Below, in pieces: positions 18,526 through 27,789 of a DNA stretch of 64,000 nucleotides. Made by a program: the position numbers and the translations under genes. Within the stretch, counting starts at the first letter, position 1, and each line of letters starts with the position of its first letter. The stretch lies in assembly GCA_965200965.1 (NCBI GenBank), contig OZ241744.1:3200001-3264000 (forward strand), read 5' to 3'. Source of the stretch: an uncultured Candidatus Binatia bacterium. Lineage in GTDB: Bacteria > Desulfobacterota > Binatia > Bin18. The notes below the pieces were generated by a model. The model was not told the origin of the DNA. It saw only the letters and a list, made by a program, of their open reading frames with translations, and made no database searches.

Positions 18526-19737
18526 ATGGTTGCCGAGATTTCCGCAGGTCCCCTGCATGGGATTCGTGTTGTTGAGTGTGGTCATATGGTCGGCGCAGCG
18601 TATGCCGCCAAGTTGATGGCTGACCTTGGGGCTGAGGTGGTGAAGGTTGAAGAGCCCGGCGGCGATGAGGCCCGCCGGCGAGGGCCGTATCCCGGCAAGC
18701 CCCATCTGGAAAAGAGTGGGCTGTTCCTCTACCTGAATGCCAACAAGCTTGGGATCACACTGGACTTGCAACGCAACAGGGGGCGAGAGCTGTTCCGAGG
18801 TCTGGTGCAAGAGGCCGACCTGCTCGTCCACAATTATCCGCCACCGCACATGGTGGCGCGTGGCCTGGACTATGAAGCACTCCACAAGCTGAATCCCGGC
18901 CTGGTCATGACCTCGATCTCTCCGTTTGGCCAGACTGGCCCCAACCGGGATTACCATGCCCACGATCTGACCATGTGGAGCGCGGGCGGGATTGTCTATC
19001 TGAGTGGAGCCTCAGGCCGAGAAGACCTGCCGCCGCTCAAGGCCTTCGGTCAACAGGCCGGCTTGCAGGCCGGGGTCAACGCCGCGGTTGGCTCGCTTGG
19101 CGCACTCTTCAGACGTTTGACGACTGGGCAGGGACAACACATTGATGTGTCTGTGCAGGAGTGTCTGGTCGCTATTATGGAGAACAATTATATCTCCTGG
19201 CCGTATGACGGCAGTGTGGCCTCACGTCTCGGCTTTCGTCTCATTCCGCAGGATGTGCTGCCGTGCCGTGACGGCTATATCTATGTCTTGGCGATTGAAG
19301 ATCACCAGTGGCATGGAGCGATAGAGTTGATGGGCAACCCGGAGTGGGCGTCGATGGACCTGTTTGAGGATTTCCCCTCGCGGTCGGCCAACTGGGACGC
19401 GCTGAAGCCCCTGCTGGAAGACTACCTGCAGGATAAGTCGGTCCAGGAAACCTACCATGCCGCCCAGGCCCGGCGGGTTCCGTTTGCGCCAGTGTCAACA
19501 ATGGGCGATCTGTTGGACTCCCCACACCTGAGTGCCCGCGGCTTTTTTGCCACCATCGGTCATCCTGAAGCGGGCAGGCTGCGCTACCCGGGCGCTCCGT
19601 ATCAGTTCTCGGCCTCGCCGTGGGCGCTGCGGCGTCCGGCCCCGTGTCTGGGACAGCATAACGCCGAGGTGTTTGGCCGGCGCTTGGGGCTGGGGCAGGC
19701 GGAATTGGAACGGCTGAAGGAACACAGCGTCATCTGA
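18526..19737 (+). CDS. CaiB/BaiF class III CoA-transferase subunit
   Basis: LHGIRVVE, ADLGAEVVKVEEPGGD, LNANK, APCLGQHN. Confidence 0.94.
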   Translation: MVAEISAGPLHGIRVVECGHMVGAAYAAKLMADLGAEVVKVEEPGGDEARRRGPYPGKPHLEKSGLFLYLNANKLGITLDLQRNRGRELFRGLVQEADLLVHNYPPPHMVARGLDYEALHKLNPGLVMTSISPFGQTGPNRDYHAHDLTMWSAGGIVYLSGASGREDLPPLKAFGQQAGLQAGVNAAVGSLGALFRRLTTGQGQHIDVSVQECLVAIMENNYISWPYDGSVASRLGFRLIPQDVLPCRDGYIYVLAIEDHQWHGAIELMGNPEWASMDLFEDFPSRSANWDALKPLLEDYLQDKSVQETYHAAQARRVPFAPVSTMGDLLDSPHLSARGFFATIGHPEAGRLRYPGAPYQFSASPWALRRPAPCLGQHNAEVFGRRLGLGQAELERLKEHSVI

Positions 19738-19750
19738 AGAGAGCACCCCA

Positions 19751-20968
19751 ATGGACAATCAACTTCCCCTGTCCGGTATTCGTGTGGCCGACTTCACCTG
19801 GGTGTGGGCAGGCCCGTTTGCAACCCTGCAACTGGCCCATCTGGGCGCTGAGGTGATTCGTATTGAGACCCGGAACCGGGTGTGCGTCACCCGTCGCATT
19901 CCGCCTTTTGCCGACGGTGAGCCGGGGCCCAACCGCAGCGGCTATTACAACCAGTACAACCAGGGCAAGGCGTCCATCTGTCTGAACTTGAAGAAGCCAG
20001 AGGGGATAGATATCGCCAAAAAGCTGGTCGTTGCCAGCGATGTGGTGGCTGAGAACTTCGCCGGGGGGGTGATGAACAAGATGGGCCTCGGCTATGAGGT
20101 CCTCAAGCAGTTGAAGCCCGATATCATTATGATCTCCATGTCGGGTTATGGCGCGACCGGGCCGGAGCGTGCGTATGTGTCCTACGGCCCGGCCCAGGTA
20201 CCGATGAGCGGCCTGTCGTCGGTGACGGGGTTTCCGGGGTTTCCGCCCATGCATGTCGGATTCTCGTATGGCGACCCCAACGGCGGGCTGCACGGCGCGT
20301 TTGCCGTGCTGGCGGCACTCATGCACCGGGCCCGGACGGGCGAGGGCCAGTATATTGACCTGTCCCAGTGGGAGACCTCGGTTGCTCTATTGGGCGAGGG
20401 ACTGATGGCCGAGCAGATGCACGGCGATCCTCCGCCCCGGGCCGGCAATCGGGACGCGCATATGGCCCCGCACGGGCTGTTCCGGTGTCAGGGCCAGGAC
20501 CGCTGGGTGAGTATTGTCGTGGCCAACGAGGACGAATGGCGGCGTCTGTGTCGGGGGATGGGCCGGCCTGAGCTGGCGGACGACGCCCGTTTTGCCAGCT
20601 TGGCCGACCGCAAAAAAAATGAGGATGTGCTTGAGTCGGTGATTGGTGAATGGACCCAAGCCCGGACCGATATCGAAGTCACCCACACCCTGCAAGCCGC
20701 CGGGGTAGCGGTTTTTCCGGCTCTCACCAACAAAGACCTGGCCCAGGATCAACACCTGCAAGAACGTGGCTTTTTTGTCGAGCGCGAGCATCCCGAAGTC
20801 GGTGTCCGGCGTCATGCCGGCGTGCCCTGGGTGTTTTCTGACACGCCCTGTCAGGTCCGCCGGTCAGCCCCGTGTCTGGGCCAGGACACCGATGCTGTTC
20901 TGCAAAATCTCCTGGGATACTCTGCCGAGGAGGTCACGGCCTTACGCGCTGGTGAGGTGTTGACCTAG
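19751..20968 (+). CDS. CaiB/BaiF class III CoA-transferase subunit with the catalytic Asp
   Basis: LSGIRVADFTWVWAGP, VAENF, SGYGATGP, YGDPNGG, APCLGQDT. Confidence 0.95.
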   Translation: MDNQLPLSGIRVADFTWVWAGPFATLQLAHLGAEVIRIETRNRVCVTRRIPPFADGEPGPNRSGYYNQYNQGKASICLNLKKPEGIDIAKKLVVASDVVAENFAGGVMNKMGLGYEVLKQLKPDIIMISMSGYGATGPERAYVSYGPAQVPMSGLSSVTGFPGFPPMHVGFSYGDPNGGLHGAFAVLAALMHRARTGEGQYIDLSQWETSVALLGEGLMAEQMHGDPPPRAGNRDAHMAPHGLFRCQGQDRWVSIVVANEDEWRRLCRGMGRPELADDARFASLADRKKNEDVLESVIGEWTQARTDIEVTHTLQAAGVAVFPALTNKDLAQDQHLQERGFFVEREHPEVGVRRHAGVPWVFSDTPCQVRRSAPCLGQDTDAVLQNLLGYSAEEVTALRAGEVLT

Positions 20969-20972
20969 AGAC

Positions 20973-21419
20973 ATGGGGTTACAAGGCTTGAGGCTGCCCT
21001 GGTCGGCTCAAACATTGCTCTCCCTGCTGTCTGGCCTGGTCCTGTTGCTGGGCCTCGCCCCACCGCTCGTTGCTCAAATGGGCAGTCGAGGGACCGCGCT
21101 GATCGAGTTCACCGGGATGGTCCAGAACCGGGCCGGTAACGATGTCCTGACCCTTGAGGTGAAAAAACAAACAATCCTTTTCGCCCTCTGCGATGTGCAG
21201 AGTTCCGGCCACCGCTTTCTCCGCGAGCGCTTTCTTTCCGAGTTGCGTATCCGAACCCCGAGCATATACATCCGGGGGCCGGATTATCTGCTGGAAGAAC
21301 TGCTGGCCGAAGAACCCAATAAACGGGGGCTGAAAATGCGCGGCCTGTACTACAGCGATTCGCGCGCCTTTGTGATTAACCGGCTGTCTCAGTTTCACGG
21401 CACGAGACCTGAACACTAG
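20973..21419 (+). CDS. Hypothetical exported protein
   Basis: Hydrophobic signal-like N-terminus; starts 4 bp after the CoA-transferase stop. Confidence 0.65.
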   Translation: MGLQGLRLPWSAQTLLSLLSGLVLLLGLAPPLVAQMGSRGTALIEFTGMVQNRAGNDVLTLEVKKQTILFALCDVQSSGHRFLRERFLSELRIRTPSIYIRGPDYLLEELLAEEPNKRGLKMRGLYYSDSRAFVINRLSQFHGTRPEH

Positions 21420-21476
21420 ACATACAGCGCCGAATCGCCTGCCGGCACCTTTTTCCTCTCACCGAAAGACGAGTGT

Positions 21477-23165
21477 ATGAGTGACACATCCACCAAATCT
21501 ATGGACTCCATCGTTGCCCTGTGCAGACGCCGGGGCTTCATTTTTCAGTCGTCCGAGCTGTACGGCGGCATCAACGGGTTCTGGGACTACGGCCCGCTCG
21601 GTGCCGAGCTGAAACGCAACCTCAAGGAAGCCTGGTGGCAGGACGTGGTCCGCTGCCCGGCCGCCGGCCCTGACGGCAAGCCGATTGATATCGTTCCGGT
21701 TGACGCGACCATCATTATGAACCCCAAGGTGTGGGAAGCCTCGGGCCATGTGGGCGGCTTTGCCGACCTGATGAGCACCTGCCGGCAGTGCAAGAAGCTG
21801 ATCCGTTCCGACCACGCCTGGGAGATGGTCCGCGAAGGCACCTGGTATGCCTCGCTGGCCGAGTTGTACGCCAAGGACCGACTAAACATCAGACAGTTGC
21901 GGCGCTGGGTTCAGAAATCGGGTAAGCTGGCACCAGGCTTGGCTCTGGTGCGTGAGCCGGACAAAACGCTGGCCAGGGTGAGGGAAGTTGTTGTCGTCGA
22001 TGTCGGGGCAAAGGTCGCCAACAATCCGCCCCCCATGAGAAGGGGCGAATCCCATGACGATCTGCCGCTCCCGTTCGCATTCGACGACGTGGTCAAACGT
22101 CTGGTGGCTCCGTTCGCATTCAACGATGCCAAACCTGACATCACGCCGTGCCCGTTCTGCGGCGGTGAACTCACCGAGCCCAAACCCTTCAACCTGATGT
22201 TCAAGACCACTACCGGCGCGGTCGCAGATCCGTCCGCGGTTGCCTATCTGCGCCCGGAGACCGCCCAGGGCATCTTCACCCAGTTCTGGAATGTGCTGGA
22301 TAGCAACCGGGTGAAAGTGCCGTTTGGCATGGCCCAGATAGGCAAGGCGTTTCGGAACGAAGTCACGCCGCGCCACTTCACATTTCGGTCCCGCGAGTTT
22401 GAGCAGATGGAGTTGGAGTTCTTTATTCACCCCGGGCAGGCCGCGGAGTGGTATCAGTATTGGCGCGATACGCGCTTCAGCTGGTGGCAGTCGATGGGCT
22501 TGGCCGGCGAGAACCTGACCCTGCGCGAGCACGACCAGGACGAACTCGCCCACTACGCCAGAGACGGGGCCGGCACAAGCGATGTCGAATACCGCTTCCC
22601 GTTTACCGCGCCCGGCTATGGCGAGTTGGAGGGCATTGCCCACCGCGCCGACTACGACCTGCGCCAGCACGCCGTGCATTGCGGCCAGGGCGATAAGCTG
22701 CGCTACTTTGACCCGGACCGCAACGAGCGCTATTTCCCGCACGTCATTGAGCCCAGCGCCGGGGCTGACCGGGGGACCCTGGCTGCGCTGTGCGAAGCCT
22801 ACACCCCCGATGAGCAGCGGCCCAGCAAGGTCTACATGAAGTTTCACCCCCGACTCGCCCCGATCAAGGCGGCTATCTTCCCGTTGGTCAACAAAGGGGC
22901 CATGCCCGAGATTGCCGACAAGCTCTACAACGAACTGCGGCCCAAGTACGCCGTCCAGACTGACGCCAAACAGAGCATCGGCAAGCGCTACGCCCGCATG
23001 GACGAAGCCGGCACCCCGTACTGCTTCACCATCGACGGCCAGACCCTCAGCGACCAGACCGTGACCGTGCGCCACCGCGACACCCTCCAACAGGAGCGCA
23101 TCAGCCTCGACCAGGTCGCCGCCTTCCTGGCTGATAACATCGAAGGCGCGGAAGCCGGCGGCTGA
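21477..23165 (+). CDS. glyQS: Glycine--tRNA ligase, homodimeric alpha2 type
   Basis: RRGFIFQSSELYGG..DYGPLG, WEASGH, YLRPETAQG, FRNEVTPR, REFEQME, ELEGIA, VIEPSAG, SIGKRYARMDEAGTP. Confidence 0.97.
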   Translation: MSDTSTKSMDSIVALCRRRGFIFQSSELYGGINGFWDYGPLGAELKRNLKEAWWQDVVRCPAAGPDGKPIDIVPVDATIIMNPKVWEASGHVGGFADLMSTCRQCKKLIRSDHAWEMVREGTWYASLAELYAKDRLNIRQLRRWVQKSGKLAPGLALVREPDKTLARVREVVVVDVGAKVANNPPPMRRGESHDDLPLPFAFDDVVKRLVAPFAFNDAKPDITPCPFCGGELTEPKPFNLMFKTTTGAVADPSAVAYLRPETAQGIFTQFWNVLDSNRVKVPFGMAQIGKAFRNEVTPRHFTFRSREFEQMELEFFIHPGQAAEWYQYWRDTRFSWWQSMGLAGENLTLREHDQDELAHYARDGAGTSDVEYRFPFTAPGYGELEGIAHRADYDLRQHAVHCGQGDKLRYFDPDRNERYFPHVIEPSAGADRGTLAALCEAYTPDEQRPSKVYMKFHPRLAPIKAAIFPLVNKGAMPEIADKLYNELRPKYAVQTDAKQSIGKRYARMDEAGTPYCFTIDGQTLSDQTVTVRHRDTLQQERISLDQVAAFLADNIEGAEAGG

Positions 23166-23271
23166 GCGACATGAACACACTCGTTGAACGCCGGGTCTGT
23201 CGCCGCCTAGCTATTTTGCACCCAGGTCGAGCCTTCGCTCCTCGTATGCGCCCCCGTTGCCTCCGTCAGCC

Positions 23272-23301
23272 TTGACGCCGTGGGCGGTCGGCTGGTAGCG
23301 T
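23272..23301 (+). promoter_or_regulatory. sigma70-like promoter, probably giving a leaderless transcript
   Basis: TTGACG-18 nt-TAGCGT with extended -10 TG; ATG 6 nt downstream; no SD. Confidence 0.5.
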
Positions 23302-23307
23302 CTTCGT

Positions 23308-23544
23308 ATGGGGACAGTGGCGTTCGACACGCACAAGGTCGTCAAAGACCTGAAGCGGACCGGGTTCAATGACGAACAGGCCGAAGCCGTGGTTTCCGCG
23401 GTTGGCGAAGCGGTTGGGGAGACCGTTGCCACAAAGGCTGATCTCGATCCCTTGGCAACGAAGGCCGATCTCTACCGGGCCTTATGGATTCAAACCGGGG
23501 CCATTCTCGCCGCGGTGGCCGCGATTCTGCGGCTGTTCCGCTAA
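23308..23544 (+). CDS. DUF1640/CCDC90-like small coiled-coil protein with a C-terminal TM anchor
   Basis: AFDTHKVVKDLKRTGFNDEQAEA, ATKADL twice, hydrophobic C-terminus. Confidence 0.82.
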   Translation: MGTVAFDTHKVVKDLKRTGFNDEQAEAVVSAVGEAVGETVATKADLDPLATKADLYRALWIQTGAILAAVAAILRLFR

Positions 23545-23584
23545 CCCAATGCTATACCCGAGTCCTTTACAGAAGGGGGAGAAG

Positions 23585-24538
23585 ATGAAGCCAAGCGAGA
23601 ACTTGTCAAGCATCGAAAAGGTTGCTCTGCGGGAGGTGTGGTTGAACGAGGCGCAGGATTTTACGCCGTGGCTGGCGGAGCATCTTTCAGAGCTTGGCGA
23701 AGCCTTGGGGCTGGACCTGGAACTGGAAGCGCGTGAAGCCCCTGTGGGTGGCTATTCGCTGGATATCCTGGCGCGTGACCAGGGGAGTGACGGCCCGGTC
23801 GTTATTGAAAATCAACTCGAATCTACCGATCACACTCACCTCGGCCAGTTGCTCACCTATGCGGCTGGATTTGACGCTCATGTGATAGTCTGGATTGCCA
23901 AAGAGTTCCGGGATGAACACCGGGAAGCCCTGAATTTGCTCAACCATCGCACGGGTGAGGATACGCAGTTCTTTGGCGTGGAGGTTGAGTTGTGGAAGAT
24001 CGACGATTCTCGCCCCGCCGTCAATTTCAAACTCGTCGCCACGCCCAACGAGTGGCAGAAACAAGCGCGGGCGACGAGTGAGGTGTCGGAACGAAATGAT
24101 CGATATCGGACATTCTTCCAGAAGCTCATAGATACCCTGAGAGAAGAGCATCAGTTCACGCGGATGCGGAAAGCACAGCCTAAAAAAAGCGCCTGCCGTT
24201 TTTCAACGGGGCATAGGGGAATTAGCTATGATTCGGCTTTTCGCAGAGAGGAGACCGCTATGGTTGATGTGTACATTGATAACGGTGATAGAGATTGGAA
24301 CAAAAATTTGTTCGACAAACTGCAGGAGGACAAGGAAGCCATAGAATCCGAACTCGCGGAATCCCTTAAGTGGGATAGGTTGGACAATCGCAGAGCTTCC
24401 CGCATAGCGGTCGTGCGCCCCGGCTCCATCGATGACGATGAGGAGATGCTGGGAGAAGTACACGACTGGATGGTTGAAAAACTTCTGGCCTTCAAGCGCG
24501 TGTTCGGCCCGAGGCTGGACGAATTGGTACAACAATAG
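23585..24538 (+). CDS. PD-(D/E)xK-like nuclease domain plus DUF4268-like domain protein
   Basis: LREVW.NEA.DFTPWL, DILA..VIENQL..TDH.HLGQLLTYAAG; visibly more AT-rich than the flanks. Confidence 0.82.
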   Translation: MKPSENLSSIEKVALREVWLNEAQDFTPWLAEHLSELGEALGLDLELEAREAPVGGYSLDILARDQGSDGPVVIENQLESTDHTHLGQLLTYAAGFDAHVIVWIAKEFRDEHREALNLLNHRTGEDTQFFGVEVELWKIDDSRPAVNFKLVATPNEWQKQARATSEVSERNDRYRTFFQKLIDTLREEHQFTRMRKAQPKKSACRFSTGHRGISYDSAFRREETAMVDVYIDNGDRDWNKNLFDKLQEDKEAIESELAESLKWDRLDNRRASRIAVVRPGSIDDDEEMLGEVHDWMVEKLLAFKRVFGPRLDELVQQ

Positions 24539-24684
24539 GTCGGGGGGCTGCGTTCCGGCGGTCAGCGCATAATCCGACAATCATTCACTATCCGCCCTCC
24601 GCTCCGGGGTGCTGTTCCCCGGACGGGATTCCTTTTTCCCGCCCTTTTTGCCAGAATACTGCTCGCCTGCGCGGGAGCGAGCCC

Positions 24685-26595
24685 ATGCCACATATTATCG
24701 GGACAGCCGGTCACATTGACCACGGAAAAACGGCCCTGATTAAGGCCCTGACCGGCCAGGACACCGACCGCCTCCAGGAGGAACAGGAACGCGGCATTTC
24801 TATTGAACTGGGCTTTGCCCATCTGGACCTGCCCAATGGCGAGCGGGCGGGGATTATCGACGTGCCCGGCCATGAGCGTTTCATTCGCAATATGCTGGCC
24901 GGGGCGCACGGCGTTGATCTGGTTGTCTTCACCGTCGCCGCGGACGATGGCGTCATGCCGCAGAGCGAAGAGCACATGGATTTTCTGCATGTATTGGGCC
25001 TCAGCAATGGCATCTTTGTGATCACCAAAGCCGACCTGGTTGACGCCGAGCGGCTGGCCGATGTGCGTGAAGAGATCGAAATCCTGAGCCTTGATACAAC
25101 TTTGGAGGGCGCGCCGGTGGTGGCGGTGTCTTCGCTGACCGGCCAGGGCATTGAGGAACTCCGCGACACGATTACCGAGCGGCTGGCCGGCTATGAACGG
25201 CCGTCCCAGCCGGGCTATTTCCGGCTGCCAGTTGACCGGGCGTTTGTGATGAAGGGGCACGGCGTGGTGGTGACGGGCACGGCGACCGCCGGCAGCGTGC
25301 AGAGCGGAGCGACCGTCAGGCTCCTGCCCGGCGGCGAGCAGACCCGGGTGCGCTCGATGCAGGTCCACGGTGAGGCGGTCGCCGAGGCCGGTTGGGGCCA
25401 GCGCGTGGCGCTCAATCTGGCCGGTCTGGAAAAGAGCGCGATTGCACGCGGCCATGTGGTATGTCATCCGAGAATTACCCGCACGACCGAGCGCTTTGAC
25501 GCCTGGGTTGAGATCAGACCTGGGGCCAAGCGCGAGGTCGTCAACCATGAGCGGGTCCGGGTGCATGTCGGCACGGCTGAGGCGCTGGGGAAAATCATTC
25601 TGCTTAATGGTCAAGACAGCCTGGCTCCCCGCTCAACCGCCTTTGCTCAGATTGTCCTGGAGGAGGCGGTGCTTGCCCTGCGCGGCGACCGCTTTATTCT
25701 GCGTAACCAAACCGCCCAAGCCACGCTTGGAGGGGGCGAGGTCGTCAACCCCTTTGCCACCCGCCACCGCCGATTACGGGTCAGACCGGACGAGCTGCAA
25801 GATCGGCTGGCCCTGCTGCGGACGCCCAAGCTGCTCCAAGCCTGTCGCGCCTATATTGCAGTGCAGCCCGAGTTTGCCGTTTCACTGGAGGACATCTATC
25901 AGGGCGTCAACGCTCAGGAAAAAGAAGTCGCCCCGCTCTTGCTCTCCGATACGGAGATTCTTCCTCTGCCAGACGCTGACCAACCCGAGGCATACGCCGC
26001 GCTCAGTAAGTGGCAGCGGCTCACCGCGGCGGTGGATCGTATCCTGACCGACTTTCATGCTCGCACGCCCCTGGCCCGAGGCATGGAGATGGAGTCGCTG
26101 CGTAGTCAACTCGCCTTTTCGCCTAGAATTTTTCGGGCGGTGACAGATAAACTGGTCGCCGAGAACATCGTTGTGCACGAGCAGAGTACGCTCCGCCTGC
26201 CGTCACACCGCGTGAAGTTGAGCGAGGCTGAACACAGGCTGAGCGCCCGCCTTGAGCGGCTGGTGGCCGACGGTGGTTTTACGCCGCCGGAGGTCAGAGA
26301 CCTGGAGGCAAAGCTGGCCGTCCCACGCAAGCAACTCGGGGACTTACTGGGCGTGTTGGAGTCCCAACGCAAGGTGGTGAAGGTCGCCACAGAGTTGTAT
26401 CTGAGCTGGACGAGCCTGGAGCGGGCCCGGGCTGTCCTGGTTGAATGGCTCACCGGTCACGGGGAAATATCGGCCGCAACATTTCGGGATGTGTTGGGGA
26501 GTAGTCGGAAAACGGCCATCCCCTTACTGGAGTACTTTGACCGGACTGGGCTGACGCTGCGGGTTGGCGATGTGCGGAAATTGCGCAAAGCCTAG
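24685..26595 (+). CDS. selB: Selenocysteine-specific translation elongation factor
   Basis: GTAGHIDHGKT, RGISIELGF, DVPGHERF, TKAD, C-terminal winged helix SRKTAIPLLEYFDR...RVGD. Confidence 0.98.
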   Translation: MPHIIGTAGHIDHGKTALIKALTGQDTDRLQEEQERGISIELGFAHLDLPNGERAGIIDVPGHERFIRNMLAGAHGVDLVVFTVAADDGVMPQSEEHMDFLHVLGLSNGIFVITKADLVDAERLADVREEIEILSLDTTLEGAPVVAVSSLTGQGIEELRDTITERLAGYERPSQPGYFRLPVDRAFVMKGHGVVVTGTATAGSVQSGATVRLLPGGEQTRVRSMQVHGEAVAEAGWGQRVALNLAGLEKSAIARGHVVCHPRITRTTERFDAWVEIRPGAKREVVNHERVRVHVGTAEALGKIILLNGQDSLAPRSTAFAQIVLEEAVLALRGDRFILRNQTAQATLGGGEVVNPFATRHRRLRVRPDELQDRLALLRTPKLLQACRAYIAVQPEFAVSLEDIYQGVNAQEKEVAPLLLSDTEILPLPDADQPEAYAALSKWQRLTAAVDRILTDFHARTPLARGMEMESLRSQLAFSPRIFRAVTDKLVAENIVVHEQSTLRLPSHRVKLSEAEHRLSARLERLVADGGFTPPEVRDLEAKLAVPRKQLGDLLGVLESQRKVVKVATELYLSWTSLERARAVLVEWLTGHGEISAATFRDVLGSSRKTAIPLLEYFDRTGLTLRVGDVRKLRKA

Positions 26596-26630
26596 ATACG
26601 CTTGGCAGGCCCTCCACCATAAAGGATACT

Positions 26631-27710
26631 ATGGGCATAACACGGCCGCGGGCTGAGGATCAGCGTTCGAGAATCCGCCTGACCGAAAAAGTGAAAGCCG
26701 CGGGTTGAGCGGGGAAATTGGGTCCGGCGGACCTTGAACATATTCTGAGCGGGCTGCCGCGTGAGCGGCATCCCGATGTGCTGGTTGGTGTTGAGACCTC
26801 TGACGATGCCGGTGTCTTTCGCTTACAGGATGACGTGGCCATTATTAACACAGTCGATTTTTTTACCCCGGTGGTCGATGATCCGTATACCTATGGGCTT
26901 ATTGCAGCCACCAACGCGCTCAGCGATGTGTATGCCATGGGTGGCGAACCAAAGACGGCGATGAATATCGTGTGCTTTCCCCAGGATGGTCTTGATAAGA
27001 CTGTGCTGGCCGAGATCATCCAGGGCGGGGCGGAAAAGGTCCGTGAGGCTGGGGCGGCGCTGGTCGGGGGGCATTCGGTTGCCGATGATGAGATAAAATA
27101 CGGTTTGGCCGTGACTGGGGTGGTTCATCCCCAGCGCGTGGTTCGCAATGTCGGCGCTCAGGTGGGCGATGTGCTGGTTCTGACCAAACCGCTTGGCACA
27201 GGTATTGTCACAACGGCTCTCAAACGCCACCACCTCCACGATACGGAATACGCGGCAGCGGTTGATTCGATGTTGAGCCTGAACCGAACCGCCAGCCACG
27301 TCATGGCGTGCTATACGGTCCACGCGTGTACCGATGTGACTGGGTTCAGCCTGATAGGTCACGGGTATGAGATGGCGCGCGGCAGTGGGGTCAGCCTCCG
27401 GCTGCGGGCTGCCCATTTCCCGGTTTTGCCGGGCGCGCTGCGCTTGGCCAGCGAGGGCTACATGACCGGCGGGTGCAAGCGCAACCGGAACTATCTGGCC
27501 GATAAAGTCCGCGTGTCCCCGCAGCTTACTGCTCAGCTTGATGAAGTGGCCTTTGATCCCCAAACCTCGGGCGGCCTGCTCATGGCCGTTCCTGAGTCTG
27601 AGGCGAGCGCCTGTGTCCAAGCGCTCAAGAATGCCGGTACCCCAGCCGCGGCCGTGATTGGCGAGGTCGTCCCGCGCGCTGAACCTTGGGTAGAAGTTGT
27701 CAAAGACTAG
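26631..27710 (+). CDS. selD: Selenide, water dikinase (selenophosphate synthetase), selenoprotein with in-frame UGA
   Basis: From ATG 26631 reads MGITRPRAEDQRSRIRLTEKVKAAG-UGA(26706-26708)-AGKLGPADL, in frame with ORF 26718; DDAGV, TVDFFTP, NALSDVYAMGG, TDVTGF, DPQTSGGLL. Confidence 0.96.
26709..26736 (+). promoter_or_regulatory. Candidate bacterial SECIS element
   Basis: GGTCC-GGC-GGACC hairpin (26721-26733) with a G-containing apical loop, starting 12 nt after the in-frame UGA. Confidence 0.7.
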
Positions 27711-27789
27711 GATTTCTCGGCGTTGGCGCAGGGGGTCTCCGGTGTCGTTTAAGGCGCATACCTGAGGGCTTGGGAGCGAAATCTTTTCT

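Noticed and set aside
24539-27789. tRNA-Sec (selC) near selB/selD
   Set aside because: No cloverleaf with a UCA anticodon found in the intergenic gaps
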